Assembly: GCA_013115125.1 (NCBI GenBank) | Contig: JABANN010000012.1 | Coordinates: forward strand, 1 to 64,000 | Direction: 5' to 3' | From: Perkinsus olseni | Taxonomy: Eukaryota | DNA length: 64,000 nucleotides | Shown here: positions 1-10,072 of the stretch, in pieces | Layout of the letters: every line of letters begins with the position of its first letter | Position numbering within the stretch: the first letter of the stretch is position 1 | Made by a program: the position numbers and the translations under genes | The notes under the pieces: generated by a model | The model's input: the letters and a program-made list of their open reading frames with translations, nothing else | Told to the model about the DNA's origin: nothing | Databases searched by the model: none

Positions 1-1651
1 CACGCGTATCGCTTAGACTAGCACTCTGATCAGTGATCACGTCATCGTGACGGATATGCTCTTCGAGTTCGTCATATTTGTTGTCTCATTCTCAATCTCG
101 TTGACAACTCAGTGCGATTGTTCTTCGGTCATACGGAAGTTCAGTGGTATTTTATTGGGCGTCGGTGTGCGAGGAATGTTTCTCAAGCGGGTACGGATAC
201 CCATTGGGCACTGGACGTTGAAGATGTGGTATGTCTGGTGTCTGAGCACCCAGAGACTTCATACCATCACACTCTACGAAGGGCTGCGGTGAATATCATT
301 CCTCACATGGGGGTCTTTCGTCGCTTCTACCAGCCACTCAGCATCACGTCTACGAGACACCTCACTGCAGATAGAACGCGTCATTATCAGAAATGCATAG
401 AACCTGTATTACTCTCAGAGAGCATTATGAGCAGACTTCACCGGCACCGAATAGTTATCAGAAGGACCTCGTGGCAAGGTCAGAGCGGGAAAGCCGAGTT
501 CTCGGCTGCTGAAACCTTCGGAGTCGAATCATCACTGATGATTCATCAGTTACTATACTTATTTAATTGCTGTTAGTGTGGGCTTTGCGCTGACATAGGC
601 CGGCTTTGACAAGCAAAATCATGGATCAAAACTTGAATCGAGGCAGTTGAATACTGTTCAATAAACGCATTGACAAAGCTTCGTTGAATACATAATACAG
701 TGTATTAAATACACCCAATGGTTCTTTGGGTGTACACCCAATTCATAGGCTTCTGAAGCCTTCGGCGAGAGGGATGAAGCTTGTTCACTCAAATGGGACA
801 CTATTGTGTAAGAGCCCTCGACGTCTCAACTTGAGAATATCACAGAAGAGTGTAGTAGCACAGACGATGTGTAGGAAACATGGTATAAATGAAGGTTCTG
901 CCAGACGGACTATGTCTGCCCTGGACACTGTCCAGACCCTGGGGAGTACGCGAACACGCCTAGTCTAGGCGTGTTAGTCTAGGCGGCCTAGACTAGCTTC
1001 GCTATGGTCCTCGTTTTGTCCTATGGAATGAACATGCATTGGTCTGTCATCCGCCAGTGCTCCGTGGAATGAATGGGAAGCAGGCTCCACGGTGGTGCAA
1101 GTTACACCGTGGCGTAATCTGCCACTTTTGCCAACTTGGCAGAACCTGCGTTCATCACGAAAACGCCAAAATGTCCAAATCTGCCGACCCCAACCCTAAC
1201 GGCGAAACACGGCGGGGGCATGGATTTCAGACAATGATTCCACTTCGCCAACAAAGTCAGGAATCCGCAGAAAAATTCTGCCATGTCTGTTCCCATTTAG
1301 AGGCCGCCAAGTTGGCCTTCTCCGGTCTCTGCCACCGTATTCCGCCTAAAAATTATACTTGTGCCCCTGGAAATCCGGTTGGCAACGATTTGGCGGAATT
1401 CGACTCGGCGAAACCTGTTACACCCAAAATTTCCGAGGGACGAACCTCGCTCGCCCAACTTCTCGACAAATGCGCTGCCAACGGTGCGGTCAGCGCTCAA
1501 GTTCAGGGAATTGTTAACATACCGGTGGCTGTACATAGACGTGCGAGCATCCGCACGCTCGTCAGCCGAGTGCTGCAGCCCGTGCGCTACGGCCTAGTAC
1601 GAGACGCGCCCCCGATGGCGCGCCTCGTTGTTTAACCATTGCTTCATTAAT

Positions 1652-1793
1652 TTGTAGTGCAATATATTGCACGAAGATACAATTCGACAACCTGACACAT
1701 TGCTGTGTAATTGAAGTACTATTGTGTTAGCTGAGCTATAAGGTTTCTGTTGTTAGTTGTCCGTTTAGCATGATAAGTTTACGTTTCGTTTTT
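1652..1793 (+). repeat. Split direct repeat A1 (142 bp)
   Basis: TTGTAGTGCAATATATTGCAC...ACGTTTCGTTTTT, identical by eye to 6486-6627. Confidence 0.97.
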
Positions 1794-1802
1794 AAAGGTT
1801 GA

Positions 1803-2451
1803 TCCTTCCTGGTTGATCCTGCGGATGGGCCGAGGGTGACGGAGACGGACACGAGGTTGAAGGTTAGCCACTATATTGATGGTCTGGCGGACGGTAACTT
1901 TTCGGTTATCTCGCAGCAAGCATACGAACAACACCTAACGGCGTTGAGAGCCCGGTTCGGTGAGGTCGCGGATGAGTCTGTCCCTAGCCAGATATGCTGA
2001 AGTATGAGAGTGGTATCAGTGGCCTATTCAAGGTGTATGGTACAACTTACTGGCCTCAGATCTACGCTCTACCAACACGTGGGGTGACGCGTATGCCAGC
2101 GGTATGGGGGATTCTGCCTTTTGGATGGAACGAGTGGATAGAGTGGTGTTCCAACTTCAACGAGTTGGTAGGGAGTCTCAAACTCTGCCGTCAACAACAT
2201 CAAGATCATCGGGAAAGCGGGCCAGAGCTCCGAGGAGTGAGCAAGTGTGCTATGATTACCAAGGTGGTCGTTGTCCGGATGACCTTTGTCCAAATGGTCG
2301 CAAGCATATTTGTCTGAAATGCAGGACATCACACCCGTTGCCCAGGGGTAATAGAGATTGTAAGGCAGCAGGTACGGGAAAGACGCCCTTCTCGCCGTCA
2401 TCGGAAGTTCAGAAGCCTCGTGAAGGAGTTACGGTGTATCGTGGTGGTTAG
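1803..2451 (+). pseudogene. gag-like region (frameshifted, probably 5'-truncated) with C-terminal Cys/His zinc knuckle
   Basis: Three consecutive frames (about 1803-2000, 1994-, 2104-2451). The last contains CYDYQGGRCPDDLCPNGRKHICLKCRTSH, a C-x7-C-x4-C-x5-H-x-C-x2-C-x3-H array resembling Ngaro-type gag. The first segment has no in-frame ATG. Confidence 0.7.
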
Positions 2452-2502
2452 GTTCAAGTTCAGTCCAAGAAGCCCAGAACGGACTGAGTAGGGTATGCAG
2501 GT

Positions 2503-4643
2503 GTGAACTCTCCTATGATGGGTCAGATGACGGATGAAGTTGTTTGTGGTACGGAGGCCTCTCCTGATGAACAACTGAAGGTGTTATCGACAAATCCGTG
2601 TTTGGGAGGGTTACGGAGTCCTCATCTCTCTACTATCTGGCTACCTCATGGTATTATTTTATTTAAGCGTATTAAAGAAAGGTTCGAGTCTATCCTATCT
2701 AAAGATGGCGTCGCGGACGCGTTACTTTACGGTGAGGATCCTTTGGCGTGCCCGTTGGTGGTTACAGCCATTGACGAGGCGTCGGCGGCGCTGTTGGCAA
2801 TAACTGACTGTTCTGCAAGTGAGGGTAAACCCTCGCATGAACACTCTCCCGTCAAGGGCTTCCTCCTCCAAAGACTGGTATCCTTATGTGGTGACTGGGA
2901 CGTGGATGTGCCCCGGTGGTTTATCGAAGGGGCCCCTGTTGGTTTGAGTAAGGAGATTGATTACTGTAATATTTTCCCACGGAGTGGGAGGCCAGAATTG
3001 GAGCCGGATGGGTCTGACCGGTTCGAGAAGCTGGAATTTATTGATGAGTGGAGTAACGGCTCTTGTTTAGTAATTATCCTTCTACGTATGAGCACTACGA
3101 CGAGGTTTTGAAAGTGTTGAAGGCGGAAGAGGAGCGGGGTTTCTGTAAGCTATGCTCTACGTTTGAGGAGGTGAAGACATTGGTTCATGGTGATGATATT
3201 GTGCTCACCCCGTTGGCAGCGCTTCCCAAATCCAACGGGAAGTTGAGATTAGTTTCTGATTGTAAGGTTAATCATTTGAATGACTATTGTTTTGTAGATG
3301 AACATGTTGAACTTCCTCGGGTATTTGATCTGATAGAGGGCATTGTACAATTATTGAATTCTGCCAACGATCACGGTGAGTTCGTAGAGGTAGCGGTAAT
3401 AGATTTTGCGGACGCCGTCCGCACCATTCCGTTGGCAGTGGAGGAACGACCATTCCACGTGCTGCGTGTGGGTGGGTATTACGTTGTTTTCTTCTGTTTA
3501 TTTTACGGCCTCTCCTCTTCTCCGCTGTTATGGGGGAGAACTGCGGCATTATTGAGTAGATTAGGCCAACTTTTCTTTGTGACTTCAACTAATGTTCCTC
3601 TCGGTCGAATTGAGACGTTTGTAGATGACCCGGCAATGTGTGCCAGGGGACCAACTATTCAGGTGGCTCGGAGGCGTCTCTGGTTACCGGTACTCTTGTG
3701 GCTGGCACTGGGCTTTAGGCTGTCGTTTGGAAAGAGGCAAGTGTCGCTTCCAGTAAGGTGGATAGGGTTTATGATATCGAAGAAGGATATGAACGTTGTG
3801 GTGACTTTGCCCCTCGAAAAGCTTCGGGTTATATTGGAAATGGTTCGGCCACTACTGGTGGGGAAGGCCCGCATTGCTACGAAGAAGTTGCGAAGCTTAT
3901 GTGGTCGATTATCGTTTGCTGGTCAAATCGTGCCCTACCTGAGAGCGTTTGTCGCACTGTTATGGTCGAGACTGGCGAGGGCAGATGCGTCGAATCAGCA
4001 GTGGATTACCGTTGGTGATCTGGTCACCCCGCTGAAGTGGATTTGGTGTTTTCTGAGCAAGGCCGTGGCCAAGGACATGTCGAACACCGGTGATGGTGCG
4101 GATAATTACCTACGGTACTTTCCTGTTGAGAGGTTACATGTGGTGAGATGGTGTATCTGCGTTGATGCGAGCCCTACGGGTCTAGGAGGCTTCCTCCGAA
4201 AAGGTGAGGAGATTGTCTCTTGGTTTGCGGATCCGTTAGATGAGTGCGACTGTTTGAAGTTCGGTGCAGTTATAGGTGACTGTCGGTGGCAGTCGGTGTG
4301 GGAATTGCTGGCCGTCTTAGTCGCAATTCGGCTATGGTCGTCTCGGATACCCTCGAATGTGAGAGTCATGTGTGAGTCTGATTCGGTGGTTGCCCTCTCG
4401 GCAGCTTCCCGATTGCGCTCAAAGTCGCCCAGTTTGAACTGTATTGCACAGGAGTTGGCTTTGCACTGCGCCGTAGTGGGTGTATGGTATCAAATTAAAT
4501 TTGGACATGTCGCCGGTGTGAGGAACCAGATTGCTGATGACCTTTCTAGGTTGAAGGAAGGTCGGCAAGTCCCTAGCTGCCTAGAAGGGGTGTCGCGGAC
4601 GAAATGCGACAAAAGAGATGGTTCTTTTTGGTTGGTCCCCTAG
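2503..4643 (+). CDS. Reverse transcriptase-RNase H (pol), split by a frameshift near 3060
   Basis: ORF 2503-3111 (DVDVPRWFIEGAPVG...IFP) continues into ORF 3063-4643: NYPS, KLRLVSD, IDFADA, FYGLSSSPLLW, TFVDD (about 3615-3629), WIGF, then RNase H motifs VDASPTGLGG, WELLAV, ESDS, NQIADDLSR. Confidence 0.92.
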
Positions 4644-4933
4644 GCGTTTCTTCTACTCTCTTGGTTGACAAAGGAGAGTTGAGTTGTTGACGGCGGGGAG
4701 GAGAATAAGGTACCTGATATGATTGTGCTCGTGCCTTGTGGCCGGGTTCGACTCTAGATGATGGTCATTGGGGCGAGGGTTGGTCTAGAGTCTTCCACGC
4801 CTCATGTGTGTTGGAGATAGGCGACTAGGCGCGTGATGAGGCTAGCGGTAGTACCGCAGCAGTAAGTAGGACGTAAGGGGGGCATTTTCTCTCTTTCAGT
4901 AGTAAGTCTTCTTGGCCTTAGGAGAGGGAGATT

Positions 4934-6125
4934 ATGGCTCCTTACCGTCGGGGGAGCCCAGCTCAAGCGAAGTTGTTAGCAGATCCAATTAATCGGAAGC
5001 AGCTCACTGGCATAGTGGCGAAGTTCAAGGACGAGGAATACGCGGCGAGCACTCGACGTACCATGGAGTCAAGGTTTAAACTGTGGGCTCGCTTGGCGAT
5101 GGGTCTGGGGTGTTCTCCGCTCCCGGTTACGGTGTATTTGGTTACCACCATCTCGGCTATCTTGAAGTACTCAGGGTATCGGAGCGTGTGGAGCTACGTC
5201 CAGACAGCTATGAACTATCATGTGGAGGCGGGTTATGATTGGACACCGGCGGAGTCGGCCGCCGTTAGAAGAGCCCGTCGGGCGAGTGTGCGGGGCATCG
5301 GCCCCCCCCAGAAGGATGACGCCGTTATCTATGAAGCACTTAGATGATTTGGTGGAATGGGCTAAGGGGAGCTACCCAGCGCAGTGTAGAACGAGCTTGT
5401 ATGTCCTCGCGTCGTGGTTTCTGCTGAGGGCATCAGAAGTGGTGGCATTGCTCTGCCAGGATTTGGTAGTGGACGAGATCAAGAGAGAAGTGTCGGTACA
5501 CATAAGGACTTCGAAGACTGATATCGAGGCAGCTGGGAGCCGGCGATCTCACGGCTGCGCCTGCCAAGGCGACGAGGCGACAAGAGAGCTGGAGGCCGCT
5601 CGACCTCAAGATCAGTTAGTGGTGGAGAGATCGGGGCAACCGATGACAAAACGTAAGTTGTTGGAAGATTTGCGAAGTGACCTTGGTGAGTCGGGAGCGA
5701 TAACGTCGGAGGAGGAGTTGAGACCAGAATGCTTTGGGACACATTCTTTCAGAAGAGGAGGTACACAGTTCCTAATTCGCTTTATCAGTTGGGAAAAGGT
5801 GCAGACGTTTGGGAGATGGCGAAGTCCGAACTCGATGAAGCGGTATGTGGAAGAGGCCAACTTAGCTGACAGCTCTCAGTTTGCAAAGCGAGTGGTGAAG
5901 GGCTGGTTCCAGCAGCCTGCTGGTTCCACAAGCAGCCAGGAGCAGAAGGCCGACTCAATGTACAAGGGAGGCGTGGGTGTCAGTCTTGGAGGTTACCAAG
6001 TGGAACCAGAGCCTGAGGTCCCGGCAACAAGTGTGCGAACCTGGGTGAGGAGACGCTATGAGTTACCTACAAGGAGTTGGCTACGACCCGGGTGCAGCAA
6101 GGCATGGGTGAGGACCTCTCCGTGA
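4934..6125 (+). CDS. Tyrosine recombinase (phage-integrase fold), split by a frameshift at a C8 run (5302-5309)
   Basis: N-terminal core-binding part (YAASTRRT...LKYSGYRSVWSYV...RGIGPP) plus catalytic motifs FLLRASEV (R), SKTD (K), THSFRRGG (HxxR), GRWRS (W) and RYV (Y). Removing one C fuses the ORFs as RGIGPPRRMTPLS. Confidence 0.92.
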
Positions 6126-6171
6126 GGCGATAGAGGTATGTGGTCCATATCTATCCGGTAGCGTGTGAATT

Positions 6172-6485
6172 GGGGAGTTTTGGGGACTAAGCTGTAGTAC
6201 CAGAATTTATAGACTGTCTGTATGTGTACTGGTCCGCCAATCAGTGCTCGATGTGGTTAGCCCGATCGTGACTGCTGATGTGTTGGGATGGGATTCAGTA
6301 TCCGCATCAGTACGAGTAACATCAGCGGTGTTGGTGTGAGCGATCTATCGACCATTGGCGGCCACCACCTTTACTACTACAGCTGAGTCAACACGTTACC
6401 GGGTTTCGGATATGGGCCAATTACTGATGATATATGTGTGATTGAGTTGATGGGTTTTTGAGTAGTGTGGAGGGAAAGGATTGTA
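6172..6485 (+). repeat. Split direct repeat B1 (314 bp)
   Basis: Matches 6652-6965 except A/G at 6243 versus 6723. Confidence 0.97.
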
Positions 6486-6627
6486 TTGTAGTGCAATATA
6501 TTGCACGAAGATACAATTCGACAACCTGACACATTGCTGTGTAATTGAAGTACTATTGTGTTAGCTGAGCTATAAGGTTTCTGTTGTTAGTTGTCCGTTT
6601 AGCATGATAAGTTTACGTTTCGTTTTT
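6486..6627 (+). repeat. Split direct repeat A2
   Basis: Identical to 1652-1793 and directly abuts B1 (...GGATTGTA|TTGTAGTGC...). Confidence 0.97.
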
Positions 6628-6651
6628 TTAACCCACCCTCTCCGCCCGGGG

Positions 6652-6965
6652 GGGGAGTTTTGGGGACTAAGCTGTAGTACCAGAATTTATAGACTGTCTG
6701 TATGTGTACTGGTCCGCCAATCGGTGCTCGATGTGGTTAGCCCGATCGTGACTGCTGATGTGTTGGGATGGGATTCAGTATCCGCATCAGTACGAGTAAC
6801 ATCAGCGGTGTTGGTGTGAGCGATCTATCGACCATTGGCGGCCACCACCTTTACTACTACAGCTGAGTCAACACGTTACCGGGTTTCGGATATGGGCCAA
6901 TTACTGATGATATATGTGTGATTGAGTTGATGGGTTTTTGAGTAGTGTGGAGGGAAAGGATTGTA
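6652..6965 (+). repeat. Split direct repeat B2 (element 3' terminus)
   Basis: Copy of B1; ends ...AGGGAAAGGATTGTA followed by unique flank GCAGTGACGG. Confidence 0.97.
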
Positions 6966-7349
6966 GCAGTGACGGGAATTGAGCGATTTCAGCACGCCAC
7001 GCTAGTAGCAACTGTCAGGATAAAACTAGGATTTGATAGTCCAAACCTTATAGTGTGATCGGTCGGATAGCTAGGAATGACAGGTACTCCCTTCGGTCAG
7101 TTTTCGCTTGATACAAGTGGGGACAGAATTGCGTGCTGTCGGACGCGTAGAGTCAGTACTACTGACTTGTCGCGCCTTCTGGTTTCGCAGCAACCAGCGA
7201 CTGCGACGAGTTGGAGCCTCGGAACGAAAATGCGGGTGACTTTTCCCCGCCTTTACATTGAGTTGCGCCACGTCGAGATCGAACAAGGTACGTGATAAAC
7301 CGTTGAAGTTTCTACTAATCCAACTTTACATGTATGTGCATCGCAGGTT

Positions 7350-9100
7350 TCGTCGTCACTAGAATATCACACTGTGCGTGTCTCTCAGAGCACTCTACTG
7401 CGACCTCAAGTTCCAACAAGGAGAACTGCGGAAGAACATGGGTCTTTGTTGAACATTCACCATTATCCTCTGTGAAATCATGCTATTCTCCATGCGCCGT
7501 TGAGATGTGTTGAATACGTACAGAAAATAGTACTCAGCCTCTCGGGATAAACGGTGACCGCGCCTGAACAACAGCGCACAGCACAATCCACATGCGATTC
7601 CGGAGCCGTCCATTGAACAAACGATACATCGTGGGTTCTGCGTTTCAGATCACCGTGCAAAGCATCTGTCTCATCGGCTCTTCATGGTAAATTCTCACAA
7701 AGAAACTGCGGCCATCCCTAATTTCCTTCCGCTGAAGGCGAGGGGTGATCTTAGTAGGGCGGTGAATCCTCCTGAGAGTGTCTGCGACGGACGAGTCATC
7801 GTCGTCGGCGACAGCGGTGAGTTCAGCATAACACATTGTCATAGCTGACCACAACGTGGGAAGATTCGTTCTGGCCTCTCTGGGTGTCCGAGGGGATCTT
7901 CCATGACCCCCACGAACGTGTTGATCAACATTCAGTGAGAGCCATCAGGTGTGGGCAAGACGAAGCTCGTATCGTTGCTGAGGAAACTGTTGAGTGAGCG
8001 GAACACAACGTTCCCCGAGGAGCTCTTGAAGAGGAAGCATCCAATAGCCCACTATTTCATCCCAGGGAAGGCCACAATTGGAGTGGTGAGGTATCGCTCT
8101 TACACTTAGTTGGCTTCCATCGTATGGCGGATGTATCAGCTTGCGAGTCTTTGACAGCCTCTCGCTTTCGTCACTGTGTTTGTCCCGCTCCGTATTTGAG
8201 TAGCTCGTAGGACTACGTTCCTCTGACGTTAAGCCATGGGAAGGATGAGAAAACGATAGGTGTTTGGGACTGCGGAGGCTATAGTGGGTGAGCCACCCGC
8301 GTCCTCACGAATGCAGACCACCCAGTTATCATTTCAGCTTTGCCGAGATACGAGGCGAGTTGTACAAGGAAAGCGACTTAGTGATATTTTGTTACAACAG
8401 TGGGTTGAGTCAGCCAGGCCCTCTGCCTCGCTACCTAATCCCCGATTGAGTAGCTTTCTACAGTCCGCTGCCTCAGTACATGACAAGCATTCCTACATCT
8501 CTCTAGAGGGCTGGATGAAGGAGGTGGCGAGTTCCGCTCCGAAGATAATGATGTCCAAACAATCCATAGTGAGACTCGGAGAAGCGGGTAGAGTGCTTTC
8601 CGAGACGGAGGCCGTGGGGGACTTCATCGCCCGGAATCAGCGCAGGGGATGCACCCTCATTCACGTGTTCAGGGGAGCGACATCGCAATAGATGATGTCT
8701 CGTTCCGCGTCTGTGTCCTCCTGCATCACTTGCCCAGATTGTTGGCCTTGGAGGGCACTCGGCTTCCGTTGGCCTAGCGAAGCCACGACAAGTTTCGTTC
8801 AAACAAGCGAGAGATTGGGCAGTCGGAAGCAAAACGTGTTGCGAGTAAGTTTCATGACTGCGTAGGACCCTCACGTCATGCGCACGCTTCATGTACTTCG
8901 ACATTCCTTCGTTCGGCACTGACGAAGAGACGGTAGCTACTCTCCACACGCTTGGGGAGGCCATCCTCATGGCCCTGGAGAAGATAGCATCTTGAGCCCT
9001 TGTTGCTCGACCCGTCGCTGCAGTGGTGCGATCCATCAACGATGGGCCATGTGAAGACCACACTCGTTGGTTCAAACCTCATTCATCGCCTTCCAGTTTG
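7350..9100 (-). pseudogene. Possible highly degenerate DNA-transposase (hAT-like) remnant
   Basis: Broken minus-strand frames with weak hAT-like patterns: IWASDAGG, IYCDVAPLN (cf. CxxHxLN), TNLPTLWSAMTMCYAEL, VECSER. Many stops and no TIRs identified. Confidence 0.25.
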
Positions 9101-10072
9101 TCGACATTGCGAGTTAGCCAGTTGCGTATCATCGCAAAATGGTTTTCTGTTGGGTTTTAGTCAGTTGTCACGGCGTCAACGTCCTTCCGTGACATTCCGA
9201 GATCGGAAAAGAGAGACCGCTGCATCTACGGGGTATAGATTAGAACGTAGCATCCCGATCTGGCTGATCGCTGGCGAACTGCGCATCAATTTCAAAATTC
9301 TCCCACCGCCACAAGGCCAACGGCCGGGACTCGGATGGGCTCTCGCGACTACTCGGCGTCCGATATCTCCATGAAAATACAATACAGTAGGTATCGGAAG
9401 CCACGTGCGTTCGATGGTTAAGGCTGATGCAAGGGCAGACTCCCTGCCAGTGTAGCGCTTGCGTTGTCTACTGAGTAGTATGTTATTATTGGTCGTGACT
9501 CACGGCCAGGAGAGGCAGGGCTGAGCGGGGTGCTATAGGATTCCTCAGGGAACGATATCGACATCATTCCTGTCATCATCACCTGCATATTCTGGGCCAG
9601 AATTTCTGGCACAGTATACGCATAGATAAACCTCAACACTACCGTTTGCGGCGAGTGCTTGTTCTGCGCTTTGTTTCTAGGCAGTTGTTATTCGAAACTT
9701 TCTTGGAGGTTCGCTTGTGAGAGCTACTGTCTGCATCGTCTCAGCGATCCCCGCATAGTGCGTACTCCGATCTCTCAATCGACTGTTTTGCCACTGGAAC
9801 ACAGGGCTCCAAGTATAAGTATCCGGGTGTCTGTCCTTGGCCTTCGAGTTACGACTAGCAGCTACACTCCCATGTTGCCTTTAGTTCGCAGCTGGCGTTG
9901 AGCACGTAACGGGAGTGTCCTCAACTAAGGGAGCCGAGGCTGCCGGCCTTTACCTTTTTGGATTCTGACTGAACTCTAACGCTGGTCACATGGATTTGCA
10001 GTAAATGAACAACTTGATAAATTGCATGAGTCAAAGAATTCATGTACCGACGATGAGACCCATCTTCAGAAA

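Larger units (their letters stand above)
1652..6965 (+). mobile_element. Tyrosine-recombinase retrotransposon (Ngaro-like, DIRS order) with split direct repeats A1...B1-A2-B2
   Basis: Repeat A at 1652-1793 and 6486-6627; repeat B at 6172-6485 and 6652-6965. Between them lie a gag-like Cys/His knuckle, RT (FVDD), RNase H and a tyrosine recombinase, all on the + strand. No methyltransferase domain or inverted termini as in DIRS1. Confidence 0.93.

Noticed and set aside
1039-1635. 198-aa ORF left of the element
   Set aside because: No domain recognised, non-ATG start, and it overlaps a motif-repeat tract.
6420-6550. Hammerhead ribozyme in repeat B (CTGATGA...GAAA)
   Set aside because: No convincing stem II, stem III or NUH cleavage triplet could be built.
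6604-6819. 71-aa ORF across A2/B2
   Set aside because: Incidental frame spanning repeat junctions; no recognisable motif.
6172-6965. Assembly-duplication artefact or LTR pair
   Set aside because: The B1-A2-B2 order with a distant A1, one SNP between B copies and a YR (not DDE integrase) fit a split-direct-repeat retroelement; no TG...CA ends or PBS seen.
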